DNA of 63,271 nucleotides, filler included, from Octopus bimaculoides (Eukaryota): NCBI RefSeq assembly GCF_001194135.2. It is 5 parts of 5 records of this genome, joined end to end, with 100 filler letters (N's around TTAATTAATTAA, not from the genome) between each part and the next. Parts side by side here need not be neighbours in the genome. Positions count along the whole stretch, not along the records: positions 22,850 to 51,788 come from NC_069010.1; positions 51,889 to 61,318 come from NC_069003.1; positions 61,419 to 63,271 come from NW_026318270.1; 2 more parts are not named here. One strand, written 5' to 3'. Positions 49,022-61,859 of the stretch are shown piece by piece. The notes under the pieces were generated by a model that made no database searches, was not told the origin of the DNA, and worked only from the letters and a program-made list of their open reading frames with translations. Numbering within the stretch: the first letter of the stretch is position 1; each line of letters begins with the position of its first letter. Position numbers and translations under genes: made by a program.

Positions 49022-49609
49022 CATTATTACTATATATATTTTGTGTTTGAGCTAGTTCCCCTCCCCAAATAAAACGATCGTTGCCTCAACAACAGTGTTT
49101 CATTATAATGAGATTTAAAAATCGAGTTACGTTTTAGCAAATATATAGGCAAATATTTATATACGGACATTTTGTGCGCGTGTGTGTGTGCAGATCTAAA
49201 TATTTATGTAAATATAGATATATATTTTGTATATAATAAACGTATATGTATTATATATATATATATATATATATATGTCTAAGTATTCTGTGTGTGGCGA
49301 TCTCTCATAAGTATATATACATATATTGGTAAATTTAAAATTTACCCGTATATTTATAATCGATGTATATATATATTTATATGTACATAAGATTTATATG
49401 TATACTGTACTTAGAAACACGTTTATGTGATTGTATGTGTGTTTATATATGTAAATATATTCTTCGGCCTGTAGGTTGCAATCGTGTAAGGGAAGAACTA
49501 TATTTGTGCATGTCTATATGTATATTATCACGTGTGTACGTTTTTACATATACATGTATAATGTAAGTATCCGTGTGTGTATATATATATATATTAAATA
49601 GAGAGGCGC

Positions 49610-49955
49610 GGGAGTGGCCGTGTGGTTCCGGGTTCAGTCTAACTGCGTGGCACCTTCTACTTTAGCATCGGGCCGACCAAAGCCATCTGAGTGGATTTGG
49701 TAGACGGAAACTGAAAGAAGCCCATCGTATATATATATATATCTATACATGTGTATATATTTGTGTATCTGTGTCCCCCCCCCATCGCTTGACAACCGAT
49801 GGTAGTGTGTTTACATTCCCGTAAGTTGGCAGTTCAGCAAAAGAAACCGATAGAATAAGTACTAGGCTTACAAAGAATAAGTCCTGGGGTTGATTTGTTC
49901 AACTAAAGGTGGTGCTCCAGGATGGCCGCAGTCGAATGACTGAAACAAGTAAAAG
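49610..49955 (+). mobile_element. tRNA-derived SINE, family A
   Basis: Full-length family-A body. Further partial copies at about 2905-3068, 15720-15860(-), 53240-53400, 54590-54800, 61920-62170 and 62930-63190. Confidence 0.85.
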
Positions 49956-50109
49956 AAAAAAAATATACATAAGCACCGTTTGTGCATATGTATGGATATA
50001 TATATATATTCTCATATACATATCTATAATGTATACGTGCACATTTATGTATACATTCGTATGTCTATGAATGCAAATATTTTTATAGAAATATATATGA
50101 ATGTATATT

Positions 50110-50184
<75 letters not shown>

Positions 50185-50187
50185 GTG

Positions 50188-51450
50188 TGTGTGAGGTTGT
50201 CAGAGTGTGTGATAAGATAGTTAACTTGAGACTAGTCTTAGATAAAGCAACAGTTAAATTCATCTCTACCTATTCTCCATGGTCTGGGCTGGCATATGAT
50301 CAGTAGGACCAAAATTACGAGGTCTTTTTTTTTGACTACCTTGACAAATAATTGACTCTATTATAGTATCTGGTGACTTCAATAGATATGTTGAGTGGCC
50401 CCCCACCTAATGGATTTCATGGTTTACATTGAGGTTATGGACTTTGTTTTTAGAAATGAGGAGGGGACAAGGCTGCTTGGGTTCTGTGGTGCAGATGTCT
50501 TGATTATCTGCAAGACTAACTTTAGGAAACCAGCCCGTCACCTCATGACCTATCAATGTGGTGGGCACAGAAGCCAGATTGACTATATCCTCAGGATAGA
50601 CAAATGCTTTTGTTACAGACACTTTCCTGATTGAAGAATTTACAACCTAACATAGGTTAGCAGTTAGTGATTTCAGATTTAGAGCTAGAAGGACTTGGGA
50701 GAACGAAATCGGTTTGGAAGAGGAGGATGTGGAAGCTCAAAGAGCCAACAAGCAGGTAGAAATTTGAAGAATCTGATAAAAAGAGCAAATTGGAGGGAAG
50801 AGGAGGAGTTAGTGACATATAGCTTAGAAGACAACTGGACGTTCCTGTAGGACAACCTGTAGAGGATCATACACCAGACCCGTGGCCGGTGTAAAGTCCT
50901 GGCCTGGTTGAGGGTGATGTGGTGGTGGAGGTGTGAGGGAGACAGGCATGGAAAGATTGGTAAAATGGTGGTAGAGGAGAATTATATCTGAAGAGACTTT
51001 CCAGTGTTCTACAGCATGAGAACCTGAAGTGTGAAGTGTTCTGAACTGGAAGAGTGTGTATCAGAAAGAATCAAAATGGTGAGGAGTGTGTACAGGTAGA
51101 TAATGGTACTCTTGCACTTTGGGAGAGACAGAAGCATGGAAGTGCCATTATGGAAAACTATTAAATGTGTGGAGAATGCTTGGGAGAAAGACATCTTCCC
51201 AATGTGAACCCAACAGAGGGACCAGATATCTGAGTTGACAGTAGTACATTAGATAAAGCAATCAATCATATGGAAAAACCCCTAGTCCATCAAGAATCAC
51301 CATTGTGATGCTTAAAATATCTGGAGTAGGATACAACCGACTCACCTGTATAGTTAATCATGTTATACAGGAAGAACAACATTAGAGTCAGCAGATGTAA
51401 AGGTAAAGGAGGTGCCTCACATAGAGGTAATTACAGAGGTATGAATTTTA
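50188..51450 (+). mobile_element. Decayed RTE-clade LINE, AP-endonuclease to pre-RT region
   Basis: [56 protein letters not shown]; frameshifted. Confidence 0.85.
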
Positions 51451-52141
51451 TCTGACAATTGATATGCTTGAGAAAACTCATCAAGACCCGGAATCGTTGC
51501 CGTGGCAGATATTGGTGTCATGCAAATTGACACCCATGCTGGTGGTACGTAAAAGCATCCATTACACTCTTGGAGTGGTTGGCATTAGGAAGGGCATCCG
51601 GCTGTAAACAAAACCATGCCAAATCAGACTAGAGTCTGGTACAGCCCCTCTGCTTACCAGCCCTGGTCAAACCATGTATATATGTGTGTGTATGTATATG
51701 TATATATTCAAGTCTGTGCTTGTAAATTAACGTGAATCCTCACAAAACTTTTAATCCTTAGCAAGATGATTTCATATATATATATATANNNNNNNNNNNN
51801 NNNNNNNNNNNNNNNNNNNNNNNNNNNNNNNNTTAATTAATTAANNNNNNNNNNNNNNNNNNNNNNNNNNNNNNNNNNNNNNNNNNNNAGGAGTGATTTT
51901 ATGGTTTGAATAATATACACATATACAAGAGAGAGCGAGAGAGAGAGAGAGAGAGAGAGGGAGAGAAAGTAAGAGAGAGAGAGAGAGAGAGAGGGAGAGA
52001 AAAAATTTCTGAAAAAATACCCGCATCTGTTGGAGAGGGTTGGTTTGTTTACCCTTGAAGAAAAGGCATTAAGGGACCAACTTCCACGTGAAAGAGGGAC
52101 CCAAGAGTTGATGGGACAAACAAGCTAACTGTTCTAAAGTT

Positions 52142-53092
52142 TTACACTATGTCTAACTCTAAATTGCCTGCCAAGATTGTTGGTCTAGCACACACACTGC
52201 TGGAGTCAAGCAGTAGAGGGCGCTGTTGGTCTGTCGGTAATGGTCTCTGTGGTTGATAATGGTGGTGGTTCTCGTCGGAACTTTGAACTGTTGCTTTGTA
52301 TCCAAGAACACTGCTGTTGGGAGGAAGATTGCTGTGGCTGGCTAACAATGGATTGTTAGGAATTTTACTGTAAACTTCCTGAGGACTCTGTTGTGGATGT
52401 GATGACTTTAGTGAGGTATGGCTGCAGTTTGGTGCAGAATCGACACACGAGGTGTCAGAGGTTGTTGGGGTGTAGGAGCTTGTCGAATTATTATTAACAA
52501 TGCCTGTTGAGCTAGTAGTTGTATTATTAGTGTTGGTGGTCGGTATCGTCGACGACGGAGGAGGAGGTACATTAGTGTTTGTGGATGAGACCCCAAGGTC
52601 AGTGTGTGGTAGGAGAGAATTTGAGGTAGAAGTAAGATATTGGTTTCTGTTAGATTTCCCCGGTTGGTCGTGCTCAACGTGAGTTCCAGCACGAGGAGTG
52701 ATTGGTGTGCTGTCTGTAGGAGATTCCACTGATGCATCGAGGCCGTTCTCGTTATTGGAACAGCCTGCATCAGTTACCCTGCCAGTGTTACATCCTCCAT
52801 CTTCAGTCACATGTTTCGAGGGGACATTTGATTGAGTGTGTGGGCGCACGTTGCATGTGCTCGGTGCACCATCCTGCGTTACATTTGCAGTTTGTTCACA
52901 AGGAGGAGATATCGTCGTGCCAGGATCTGTGGCTGATAACGAGGGCCCATTGGTGGTCCCTGTATCAGCAACATCAGAGCTGGACTTCACATCTCCTGTG
53001 TCATCTTGGTTTGGAGCTTGCGAGGTAGACTGTTCCAATTGACTTTCAGGTTTCCCTCTTTTCGACAAAAGGGGCTCCGTTTGTTCCATACC
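52142..53092 (-). CDS. Receptor terminal coding exon (316 aa + stop), Ser/Thr/Pro/Asn-rich
   Basis: Pyrimidine tract with CAG| acceptor at 53093, phase 0; 951-nt open frame GMEQTEPLL...NLELDIV*; GC-richer than its flanks. Confidence 0.88.
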   Translation of the reverse strand, partial: GMEQTEPLLSKRGKPESQLEQSTSQAPNQDDTGDVKSSSDVADTGTTNGPSLSATDPGTTISPPCEQTANVTQDGAPSTCNVRPHTQSNVPSKHVTEDGGCNTGRVTDAGCSNNENGLDASVESPTDSTPITPRAGTHVEHDQPGKSNRNQYLTSTSNSLLPHTDLGVSSTNTNVPPPPSSTIPTTNTNNTTTSSTGIVNNNSTSSYTPTTSDTSCVDSAPNCSHTSLKSSHPQQSPQEVYSKIPNNPLLASHSNLPPNSSVLGYKATVQSSDENHHHYQPQRPLPTDQQRPLLLDSSSVCARPTILAGNLELDIV

Positions 53093-56000
53093 CTGTTGAA
53101 AGAAAAAAGAAAAAGAAAATGAGTTAGAGAGCAACATTGTTAAGATACTAATGTGTTTTAAGGACCATAACAATACCCATTTTCATCCCATAGGCTCATC
53201 ATTTAACATACCATTATTTTTTTAAACAAATAGGCACAGGTATGGCTGTGTAGTAAGACGTTTGTTTCCCAACCACATGCTTCCAGGTCCTGTCCCATTG
53301 TATGGTACCTTGGGCAACTGTCTTCCAATATAATCTCAGGCCAACCAAGGCCTTGTGAGTGGACTGGTAGACAGAAACTGAAAGAAGCCTGTCATATATA
53401 TATACATGTATATATATATATATTATAAAGATAGATACATATATATATACTAGCAGCTAAGCCCAGTCTCATCCGGTCTGTTTGGATGGTGTGGCTGTGA
53501 CTGTTTTCGGTTAGACATAATCTATAACAGCATTTCTCAACCTTATCATTTCAGGTCTCCTGTTTCGATTGGAGCCTCCAGCTGTATNNNNNNNNNNNNN
53601 NNNNNNNNNNNNNNNNNNNNNNNNNNNNNNNNNNNNNNNNNNNGGTCAGCTTCAGTAGTTGTGAAGAACAAATTTGTACGTAGTCTGTTCCTGAGAGCTA
53701 TTTCTATTGGACGTCTGTCTAATCATTAAAACATTGATTTAATTATGAACATACAAAAAAGATATATGAAATGGACGTGTGTGTGTATGTGCGTGCTTGC
53801 GCGTGTGTATGTGAGAGAGAAAGAGGGTGACAAAGAGAGATAGAGTGAGTGAGTGAAGGTGTGTGTCGTGATGATTGACGTCTTTTAAGGTACACACACA
53901 CACATACATAGAAAATGTGAGGTCATAGTATAAAATTTTTATGATAGTTGATTTATGGAAAAGATTATGTTAAATTTTTGAAATGCAAAGATATGAATGA
54001 AAATTAAGTTCAGACCTCTACATGGTAGCTAGACCTGGTAGAAATAGCAGGCAAATCTCCCTCAAAACACCCTATTGTCTTAATCCGACAATTCTACCTA
54101 TTATATAATTTGAATGAGAAACTGTAACTATGTATGTATTTGCATCCCCACCCTAACACAACGCTTGACAACTGTTGTTGATTTATGTTCCCGTAACTTA
54201 GTGGTTTGGCAAAAGAGAGAAAACTTAAAATGCAAGATAATACTGGGAACAGTTTGTTTGACAAAAACCCTTCAAGGTAGTGCCCCAGCATGACCGTAAT
54301 CCAATGACTGAAACAGTTAAAAGATAAAAGATCATAGTTCAGCTGTATCAGTGTTGGTCAAGGCTAAACAACTACAGAAGCAACAATATGACCTCCTTTC
54401 CCAAAACTTAAGGGCCAGACAGTTGACCATTATTGTAGAGAGTGTGAGCAATATGTAACTGTGTGTTTCTGTAGGTTGTTGTTGATAAGCTCAAGGTTCG
54501 ATTATGATGCAGCAGACCTATTACCAAAAGGTATTTGACCATCCCATTCAATATCATTAAGCAATTCAGTCAATGTATCCAGTTGTAGCTGTATGGTAAG
54601 AAGCTTGTTTCCCAAACATATGGTTCTGGGTTCAGTCCCACTGTGTGGCACCTTGGGCAAGTATCTTTGGCAAAAGAGACTGATAGAATAAGTACTAGGC
54701 TTAAAAAATAAGTCCTGGGATTGATTTGTTCAACTGAAACCCTTCAAGGCAGTGCTCCAGCATGGCCGCATTCAAATGACTGAAACAAGTAAAAGAATGA
54801 AAAAAAAAATTAATGAATAAGACTACAGTAAATTGTCTTTCATTTTTTGAAAGGGGAGATTTGTCCACTATTTTTAGCATGTCAAGTGACCATGTAGAAG
54901 CTTTTGTGGTAGATGTAGATGCTCTGGAGGGGGGAGGGAGGCAGATAACAATGACAACAACCACGACAACAGCAACAACAATGACATAAACAACAATGAA
55001 AACAAATGACAACAACAACCACAATTACAACCAGACATTATACAGACCCCCCCCCTCCCTGCCCCGGACAATGGTCACAACTGAGAGAAAACATGGCATA
55101 CACAAAGTTTAAATATAAAATTTATACAGAAACTGAATGTGACAGTGATGTTAATATTGTGATAAAGTTGTTAATAATGTTAATAGTGTAGCAATAGTAT
55201 ATCGTTAATAGATGAGTAATAATAGTGTTGTTAGCAATCAAAGCATAAAAGCTCACACTGTTTAACTACTAATAACTAGAATTATTAAGTGGTTGTATGT
55301 ATGTATGCATTTGTGTGGGTAGTCTTTAGTAGATTGCATAATTATCAACTTTTACAAGATAGTATGATGACAGCTGGTAAATGGAAACTTCAAAGACCCT
55401 TTCAACTTTTCCCTTGTGAAAATTGATATATAATACTCTACTAAAAAGTACTGAAAAATCCAGTTTTGATTTATATTAATTTGTTTTCACATATAATTCC
55501 ACAGAAAAATAACATATATATATTTATATATAATTATTATTGCTAATTTAGATAGCAGAATAAACAAACACAAAGTAGTTAAATTAGATGGACAGAGAAA
55601 AAGAAAAAAGAAAAACAGAGCATAGAGAGAGAAAAAAAACAAAAAAAAAACAAGCAAATATAGGAAGAGATTATTGAAAGCAAGTTAGTTTATGGATTAA
55701 GCAGGGACTGAAACTTTATCAACTCTTTCAATATCAAACAGCTTGAGATCAATTCTGATTTTTTCATAGAACACATTTTGTTTATGTCTAAAAATATTAA
55801 TTATTTTACTGGGTTCTCTTAAATTCCTGATTATTTTCAGAATTTATTTAAGTAGTAACAGGCAGTGTATTTTATTAGAAATATGGTTGTGAAAGGATTA
55901 AGCCCTACAAATCGCTAGATTAAATAAATTCTATTAATCTTCTCGTCACTCAATGATCAACCAACCTAACAAAACAACAGAGCTCTCTTCTCACTGGCTA

Positions 56001-56388
56001 TTCCTTAATTAGGAGACGCTAAACCTGGTTCCATCACACTGCTTGTATGACAGTGATTTTTGGGTAGGACTATCATGGGCTTCCTTCAATTTGTGTCTCC
56101 CAAATCCACTCACAAGTCTTTGGTCAGCTGAGGTCAAAGTAGAGATTAGCCCAAGGTGCCACCAAGCTCCTTGTCCCCTTGGATAGACAACAGTTTATCA
56201 CAGAGGATTTTAGTACAAGATGAATCACATGGTAAAACCAGCTGTGACAAGTCAATGAGCAAGCCATGATGTTGTCAGTCAACCTAAATAGCAAAAAAAA
56301 AAATCTCCCTCAAATCACATGCTACAATCTTAGTAAAAGAGTGACACACTTGATAATACATATATTTATGTGTGTAATACTGGAGTGA

Positions 56389-56502
56389 GTGATTAGGTGA
56401 TCATGCCTGATCTATGTACTAAACAAGTGATTAGGTGACCATGCCTGATCTCTGTACTAAACAAGTGATTAGGTGACCATGCCTGATCTATGTACTAAAC
56501 AA
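56389..56502 (+). repeat. 38-bp unit x3 tandem repeat in a receptor intron
   Basis: GTGATTAGGTGACCATGCCTGATCTATGTACTAAACAA three times, with 2 substitutions in total. Confidence 0.95.
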
Positions 56503-57150
56503 CAAAACAGAGAGTGGTTCGAGGTAACAGGCACAAGAGTAGCTCTGTGGTTAAGTTTGCTTCCCAACTACGCTTTCAGGTTCAGTTTCATGAGGCATCT
56601 TCTACAGTAGCTCTGGGATGCCCAAAATATTGTGAGTAGATTTGGTTTACAGAAGAAAAAAAATAATATGAATTATCTCGAATTCATCATTTATCTTTCA
56701 CTTGTTTCAGTCCATTGGACTGCAGCCATGCTGGGGCACTACCTTGAAGAATTTTAGTTGAACGAATCAAACACTGTACTTATTTTTTTGTAAAGCTGGG
56801 TACTTCGTTAGTCGCTATTGTTTTAAAAAAAAAGAAACATGAAAAAAAAAAAACCATGAAAATAAAGATAGAAAAGAACAAAAAAGAGAAACATGAGAGA
56901 GAAAGGGGTGAAGTAGAGAAAGAGATAGAATCAGCATTGCGATATAGTGTTACCATCGGTGGTAACCACATGAGAGGTGGTGTGCACATCTCCATTTGTT
57001 GGAAACAAATCAAGATGGTGACGAACGAAGTGAGGGAAGGGAGACAAGCTAGGTTAACTAAAATATTTGAGTTCATTTTTATATCATTATTATTATTATT
57101 ATTATTATTATTTTTTAGTTTTATAATGTAACGGTTTGGGTGCGATTTAC

Positions 57151-57405
57151 CTGCGATTCTTCACCACGTTCTTTGGTGTCGTCAGCATCGTTAGGGCTGT
57201 GGTGGGTGTCGTTATCCCCTGCTACTCCACCACCAACTCCACTGCCAACACTGACACACCCACTGTCGCCAGTCAGGCCCTTGTCCAGACACGTAGCTAT
57301 AAAACTGGTCGTGTGGCCGTTAGGAATGTGACCGTTTAAACCACTGGAGACTCGGTAACCATTAATTGGTGTTCCGCTAGAAGTAAACATCAAGTGCCCT
57401 CCACC
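57151..57405 (-). CDS. Receptor cytoplasmic exon (85 codons)
   Basis: TAG| acceptor and |GTAAAT donor; phase 0 to 0; GGGHLMFTSSGTPINGYRVSSGLNGHIPNGH...KERGEESQ. Confidence 0.88.
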
Positions 57406-59994
57406 CTACAAAATACAAACAGTAAACGTTGACGAGAGAAATGGCGGAAGCCAGTGTAACAGTCGAGAGGGAGAGAGAGAGAGAGAGAGAGACAGACAGA
57501 GAGAGAGACAGACAGACAGAGAGAGCAGGGTGGAAACATTATTTAGATTATAAGTTTTCATTTGTGCTCGTCACAGTGAAAGACAGAAGGATACTAGGGC
57601 AACGTGATGGTGCTAGTGATGAAGGTCTAAACATCTAAAGTGTGTGTGTGTGTGTGTACATATATAAATTGGTGCAGCCTTGTGTCTCCAAATGCCTTCT
57701 CACTGAAATTTGAGAGGGAGAGATAGAGAGAGAGGGGGGTGCGTGTGTGCATAATGGTGCAAAATAGTCCTTTGAGCTAGACCCTCTTATTTCAAAAGGT
57801 TAAGTCTGCTATTCAATAATCAGATCAATAAAATAAATACCAGCCATATTGGGGGTAAATATGATCAATGAAAGCACAATATATGCTGCTGGCACATATC
57901 ACTTCTAGGGTTGCACTCAATTCATGAGGTCTCAGATTGATTGGCAAATAAGGAAGGGTATCCATCCGAGAAAAACAATGAGGCCTGGTGGTTTCCTTTA
58001 GCTGTGTGTCAGATAGGATGAAGGATCACAATGTTAGGGTGAGACACTGTACTGGGATGTAAACTGGCAATGAAGAAGCTGATGATGAAGACAATGATAT
58101 ACATAATCACACACAACATACATTAAAAGAGGATTTAGAAATCCGAGTGAATTATCTGACAAGATGAACATGGATTGCAAAGTATATGTTGCAATGTTAG
58201 ACAATCATCGATGCTCATGACGTGTCTAAGCCATGCATTGTTGAAACAATCATAATAAAGGATTAATAAATGTAATACTATCAGCTCCATTCTTGGTCTC
58301 ACAATATATATATTATCACAATAATTTAACATACATTTTCAATGCTGGCAAGGGTTGGACAGTTTGACAAGAGCTAGCAAAGCCAGAGGTTGCACCAGGT
58401 TCCACCGTCTGTTTTGGCATCGTTTCTACAGTTGAATATCCTTCATAATGCCTATCACTTTACAGAATGTACCAGGTGTTTTTTTTATGTAGCATCATCA
58501 CTAGTGCTTTTTTTTTATTTATTTTTTATTTTTTGGTGGCACCAGCACCAATGCTAGAGAGCTATTGCAAATTGGCTAACCATAAAATATATAAAGATAG
58601 ACTATATCATATAGTGTTTCAAAAATTATAAAAATTTCCATAAATTTCTTTTATTTATGGTTCAGTCAAAGGAGAAAGGGCAGCACCTATGCCCTTTTCA
58701 AGATCCTGTAAAGACTATTGAAGGTGGGAGGAAACAAGTAAAAAAAAGGTGAAAAGTTAATCCGTCTTAATTTAATTAATGGAAGAAGATGGGATGATTC
58801 TACTATCTCACCCCCACTAACATTGCAGTGAATGGAGTGTGTGTGTGTGTGTGTATGTGTGTGTGAGAGAGAAAGAGAGTGAAGGAGGAGTATAGAAACT
58901 ACCACCCACCACTACACATGCTTATCCCAAGTGAGAGGAGCAATTTCAAGACAAAGGAAAACTCACAAAAACTAAATAGTTATTCATCATCTTCATCATT
59001 GTTTAACATTGATTTCTCTGAGCTATCATGGTTTGGATGGTTCAACTGGAACCAAGAAGTCAAAGGACAACTGCACTGAGCTCTAATGTTTGGTTTGGGC
59101 ATGATCTCTATGCCTGGGTGCTCTTCCGAATGCCATATATCCATCATAAAAAGTTAGGAGGTAAGTTCAGTGAATATATTTATTTAACCACTGGATATCC
59201 GTAGGATTACAGCTGTTTCACAGCCTTTTTCATGTACCAATAATTTCAGTGCATAATCAATTATTTTACATGTCTACACCAGTATGCATGCTACATATTG
59301 CACAGTACAATTGTACATTGACAAATCAATGCAGATGCAGAAGGCTTGCTCTTCAGATGACCAGATTACCAAATCATCAACTCTGCATATACATACAAAA
59401 TTATCCTTTATATGATATAAATAAATACTCCTCTTGAAATAATTTCATAGACTGGATCTCCCTGGATTACTATGTGGTCTGCTAGCCAGGACCAGAAGAG
59501 AAGCTTTCTGTGATATCCAAAAGATTCTATGAATTCATATATTGCACTACAAATTTAGATACACATACACACACATCTGAAGTTTGCTGGAGTAGTAATT
59601 GGGGGCAAAGAACGTTTTACCTTCTTGTTGGACCTATCAAAAAAGTGTGTGAGGGAGTTGTTCTGCCTAACTTGTACATGGAATAAAAGTGAGCAGGAAA
59701 ATGGCATGACAAGCAACAAGAAGGAAAAAAAAAAAAATGCTGACGCCTCAAACTCTGGCTTGGTGACAAAGATGGATAGATGGATGGATGGATGGATGGT
59801 CATGCATGGAGGGACAGTGGTGAACAACAACAAAAACAACAACTGCAACTACAAAAAGCAATATTTCCACTAAAGCAAAAGATGAAAAAAACATTTACAG
59901 GCAATACAAATTGATGAAATAACTGTCCAGTTTGTTAATATTTAAAACACAACAGCAGCAGAAGTGTTTTCTAAACTTGTCAAAGCTTGCTTAC

Positions 59995-60145
59995 CTTTGC
60001 GTCAGAATTCTCGTTTTCTGAGAGTCGGATAAGCATAGGAGTTCGAGATTCCAGTTCATGCATTCCAGTTAAATTGGTGTGATTTGGTCCATGGCCGTTG
60101 CTTCTGATATGACTATCAAGGGCCAGATTCTGTGTTTTGCACCAT
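59995..60145 (-). CDS. Receptor juxtamembrane cytoplasmic exon
   Basis: TAG| acceptor and |GTAAGC donor; phase 2 to 0 matches both neighbours; RWCKTQNLALDSHIRSNGHG...MHELESRTPMLIRLSENENSDAK is open. Confidence 0.88.
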
Positions 60146-60414
60146 CTATGAGAGAGGGGTGGAAGGGAGAGTAAAGTTTAATCAACAACTAAATAATTAA
60201 GACACTGCCAAGCTACATACTAAACAGGCTCCACCTAAGAAAATGTGTTAAATAGAGGTCAAAAATCAAAACTATGGGAGGTAACTGTTTGTCAACAAGG
60301 CCAAGGTTGAGAGACGAAGACAACCTCAGACAACACTTAAAACATCCAATCAAGACTAAACATCTTTTTTTTTTTGTAACAAGACATGAAATGATAAATG
60401 CATTGACTTTTTAC

Positions 60415-60517
60415 CTGTGTTGGAAACAGCCAATGAAGATGGCGATGAGGATGCAGATTACGAGAACGGCACCAATGATGATCCCAGCATGGGATGTTGT
60501 GAAACCATGACTGGAGG
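60415..60517 (-). CDS. Single-pass receptor, transmembrane exon (tentatively protogenin/DCC-family Ig-FN3 receptor)
   Basis: CAG| acceptor and |GTAAAA donor; phase 1 to 2; SSHGFTTSHAGIIIGAVLVICILIAIFIGCFQHR includes a clear ~20-aa TM helix. The family identity rests only on recollection of tail motifs (about 0.4). Confidence 0.85.
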
Positions 60518-61788
60518 CTGCACAAATGAGCAAAAGAAAGAATGTTGAAACCCCAACCTGCTAGGAACGGATGCCAAATATTCATAGAATCACATCCTAT
60601 TGTCTTAAAAAATGGAAAGGAAGAGTCTAGGATAATGTTATGTTTGGTTTATTATGTCAAGAAAACATGACAGGATTATCACAGCTGGGGAAAAGCTTTT
60701 CAGCAGAAGTCTGCTCTTTCCCTGTTAACCTCAAGCAAAACATCAAGGATATAGGTGTAGAGTTAATTAGTTCATACTTTAAGTGGAGTTCAACAGCTGT
60801 TTCTTTAAGATGAACATGATCAAATAAATAATTAAATAATTATGACACACAATTAATTTAAATTAAATTAAAAGCTGTGGTTACCCAACTCATCAGGAAT
60901 ATTATGTTATATTCATCATCAAAAAACAACTTATTTGCATTGGACCCTTAATTACTGAGAATTTTTTTTTTTCGTGTTTATACTATATAAGCTATACATA
61001 CATCTATTCTTGTTTATCACTAAATTTATTCATTACTGATTTAAGATATCATGGTATGCTAATTGTGAACTGTGTCAACTGGTTATGCATAATCACAAAC
61101 TGACCCGTGATAAACACTAGTTGGCAATCTGTTGAAGATTCTGGCTGGACTGCAAGAGTTTGTCTCAGCAACTATCTACAATGCTAAAGACAACTTGGGG
61201 TCTTGGAATGAAATCCATTTCCCCCCCTATTTTCTCTTGTTCATTTATCTTATGATTCAGTCCACATGTTTTTCTGGAATCAAACACCCATGACAGACAA
61301 GGATAAATGAATGAATATNNNNNNNNNNNNNNNNNNNNNNNNNNNNNNNNNNNNNNNNNNNNTTAATTAATTAANNNNNNNNNNNNNNNNNNNNNNNNNN
61401 NNNNNNNNNNNNNNNNNNATATATATATATGCAGGCCAGTGTATACTCTTTCTCAGGAGATTCTTATTCTTTTAGAATAGATTAATAATTAAATTGAGGA
61501 TGATCTACCAGCAAACAAGAAGTTCTAAATTCCATCAGCACGAACGTCTTAAAATCATTTTGGTCTGACACCACATACATGTTCTGCGCCTGCGTAAACA
61601 CTGTCACGTGTTGTTGACATATATAAGTTTAGTCATTTCGTTATATTCGTTTGTTTTCTAATTGAATATTATCGCAATGACATGTAAACAATATAACGTA
61701 TCTTATCTCTTCTTATCTCTTCTTGTCTTTTCGACTAGTTTAAAGTGAAATACAGGAGAAAATGCAGGCGCTAAATGAAACTGGCCGA

Positions 61789-61859
<71 letters not shown>

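Noticed and set aside
61105-61171. Candidate upstream receptor exon on the minus strand (LLRQTLAVQPESSTDCQLVFIT, phase-1 donor GG|GTCAGT)
   Set aside because: The phase fits, but the acceptor tract is weak and the peptide has no recognisable domain; it needs junction reads.
61585-61610. NRF1-like TGCGCCTGCG and an E-box CACGTG
   Set aside because: These are short motifs inside what should be an intron of the receptor gene, with no independent promoter evidence.
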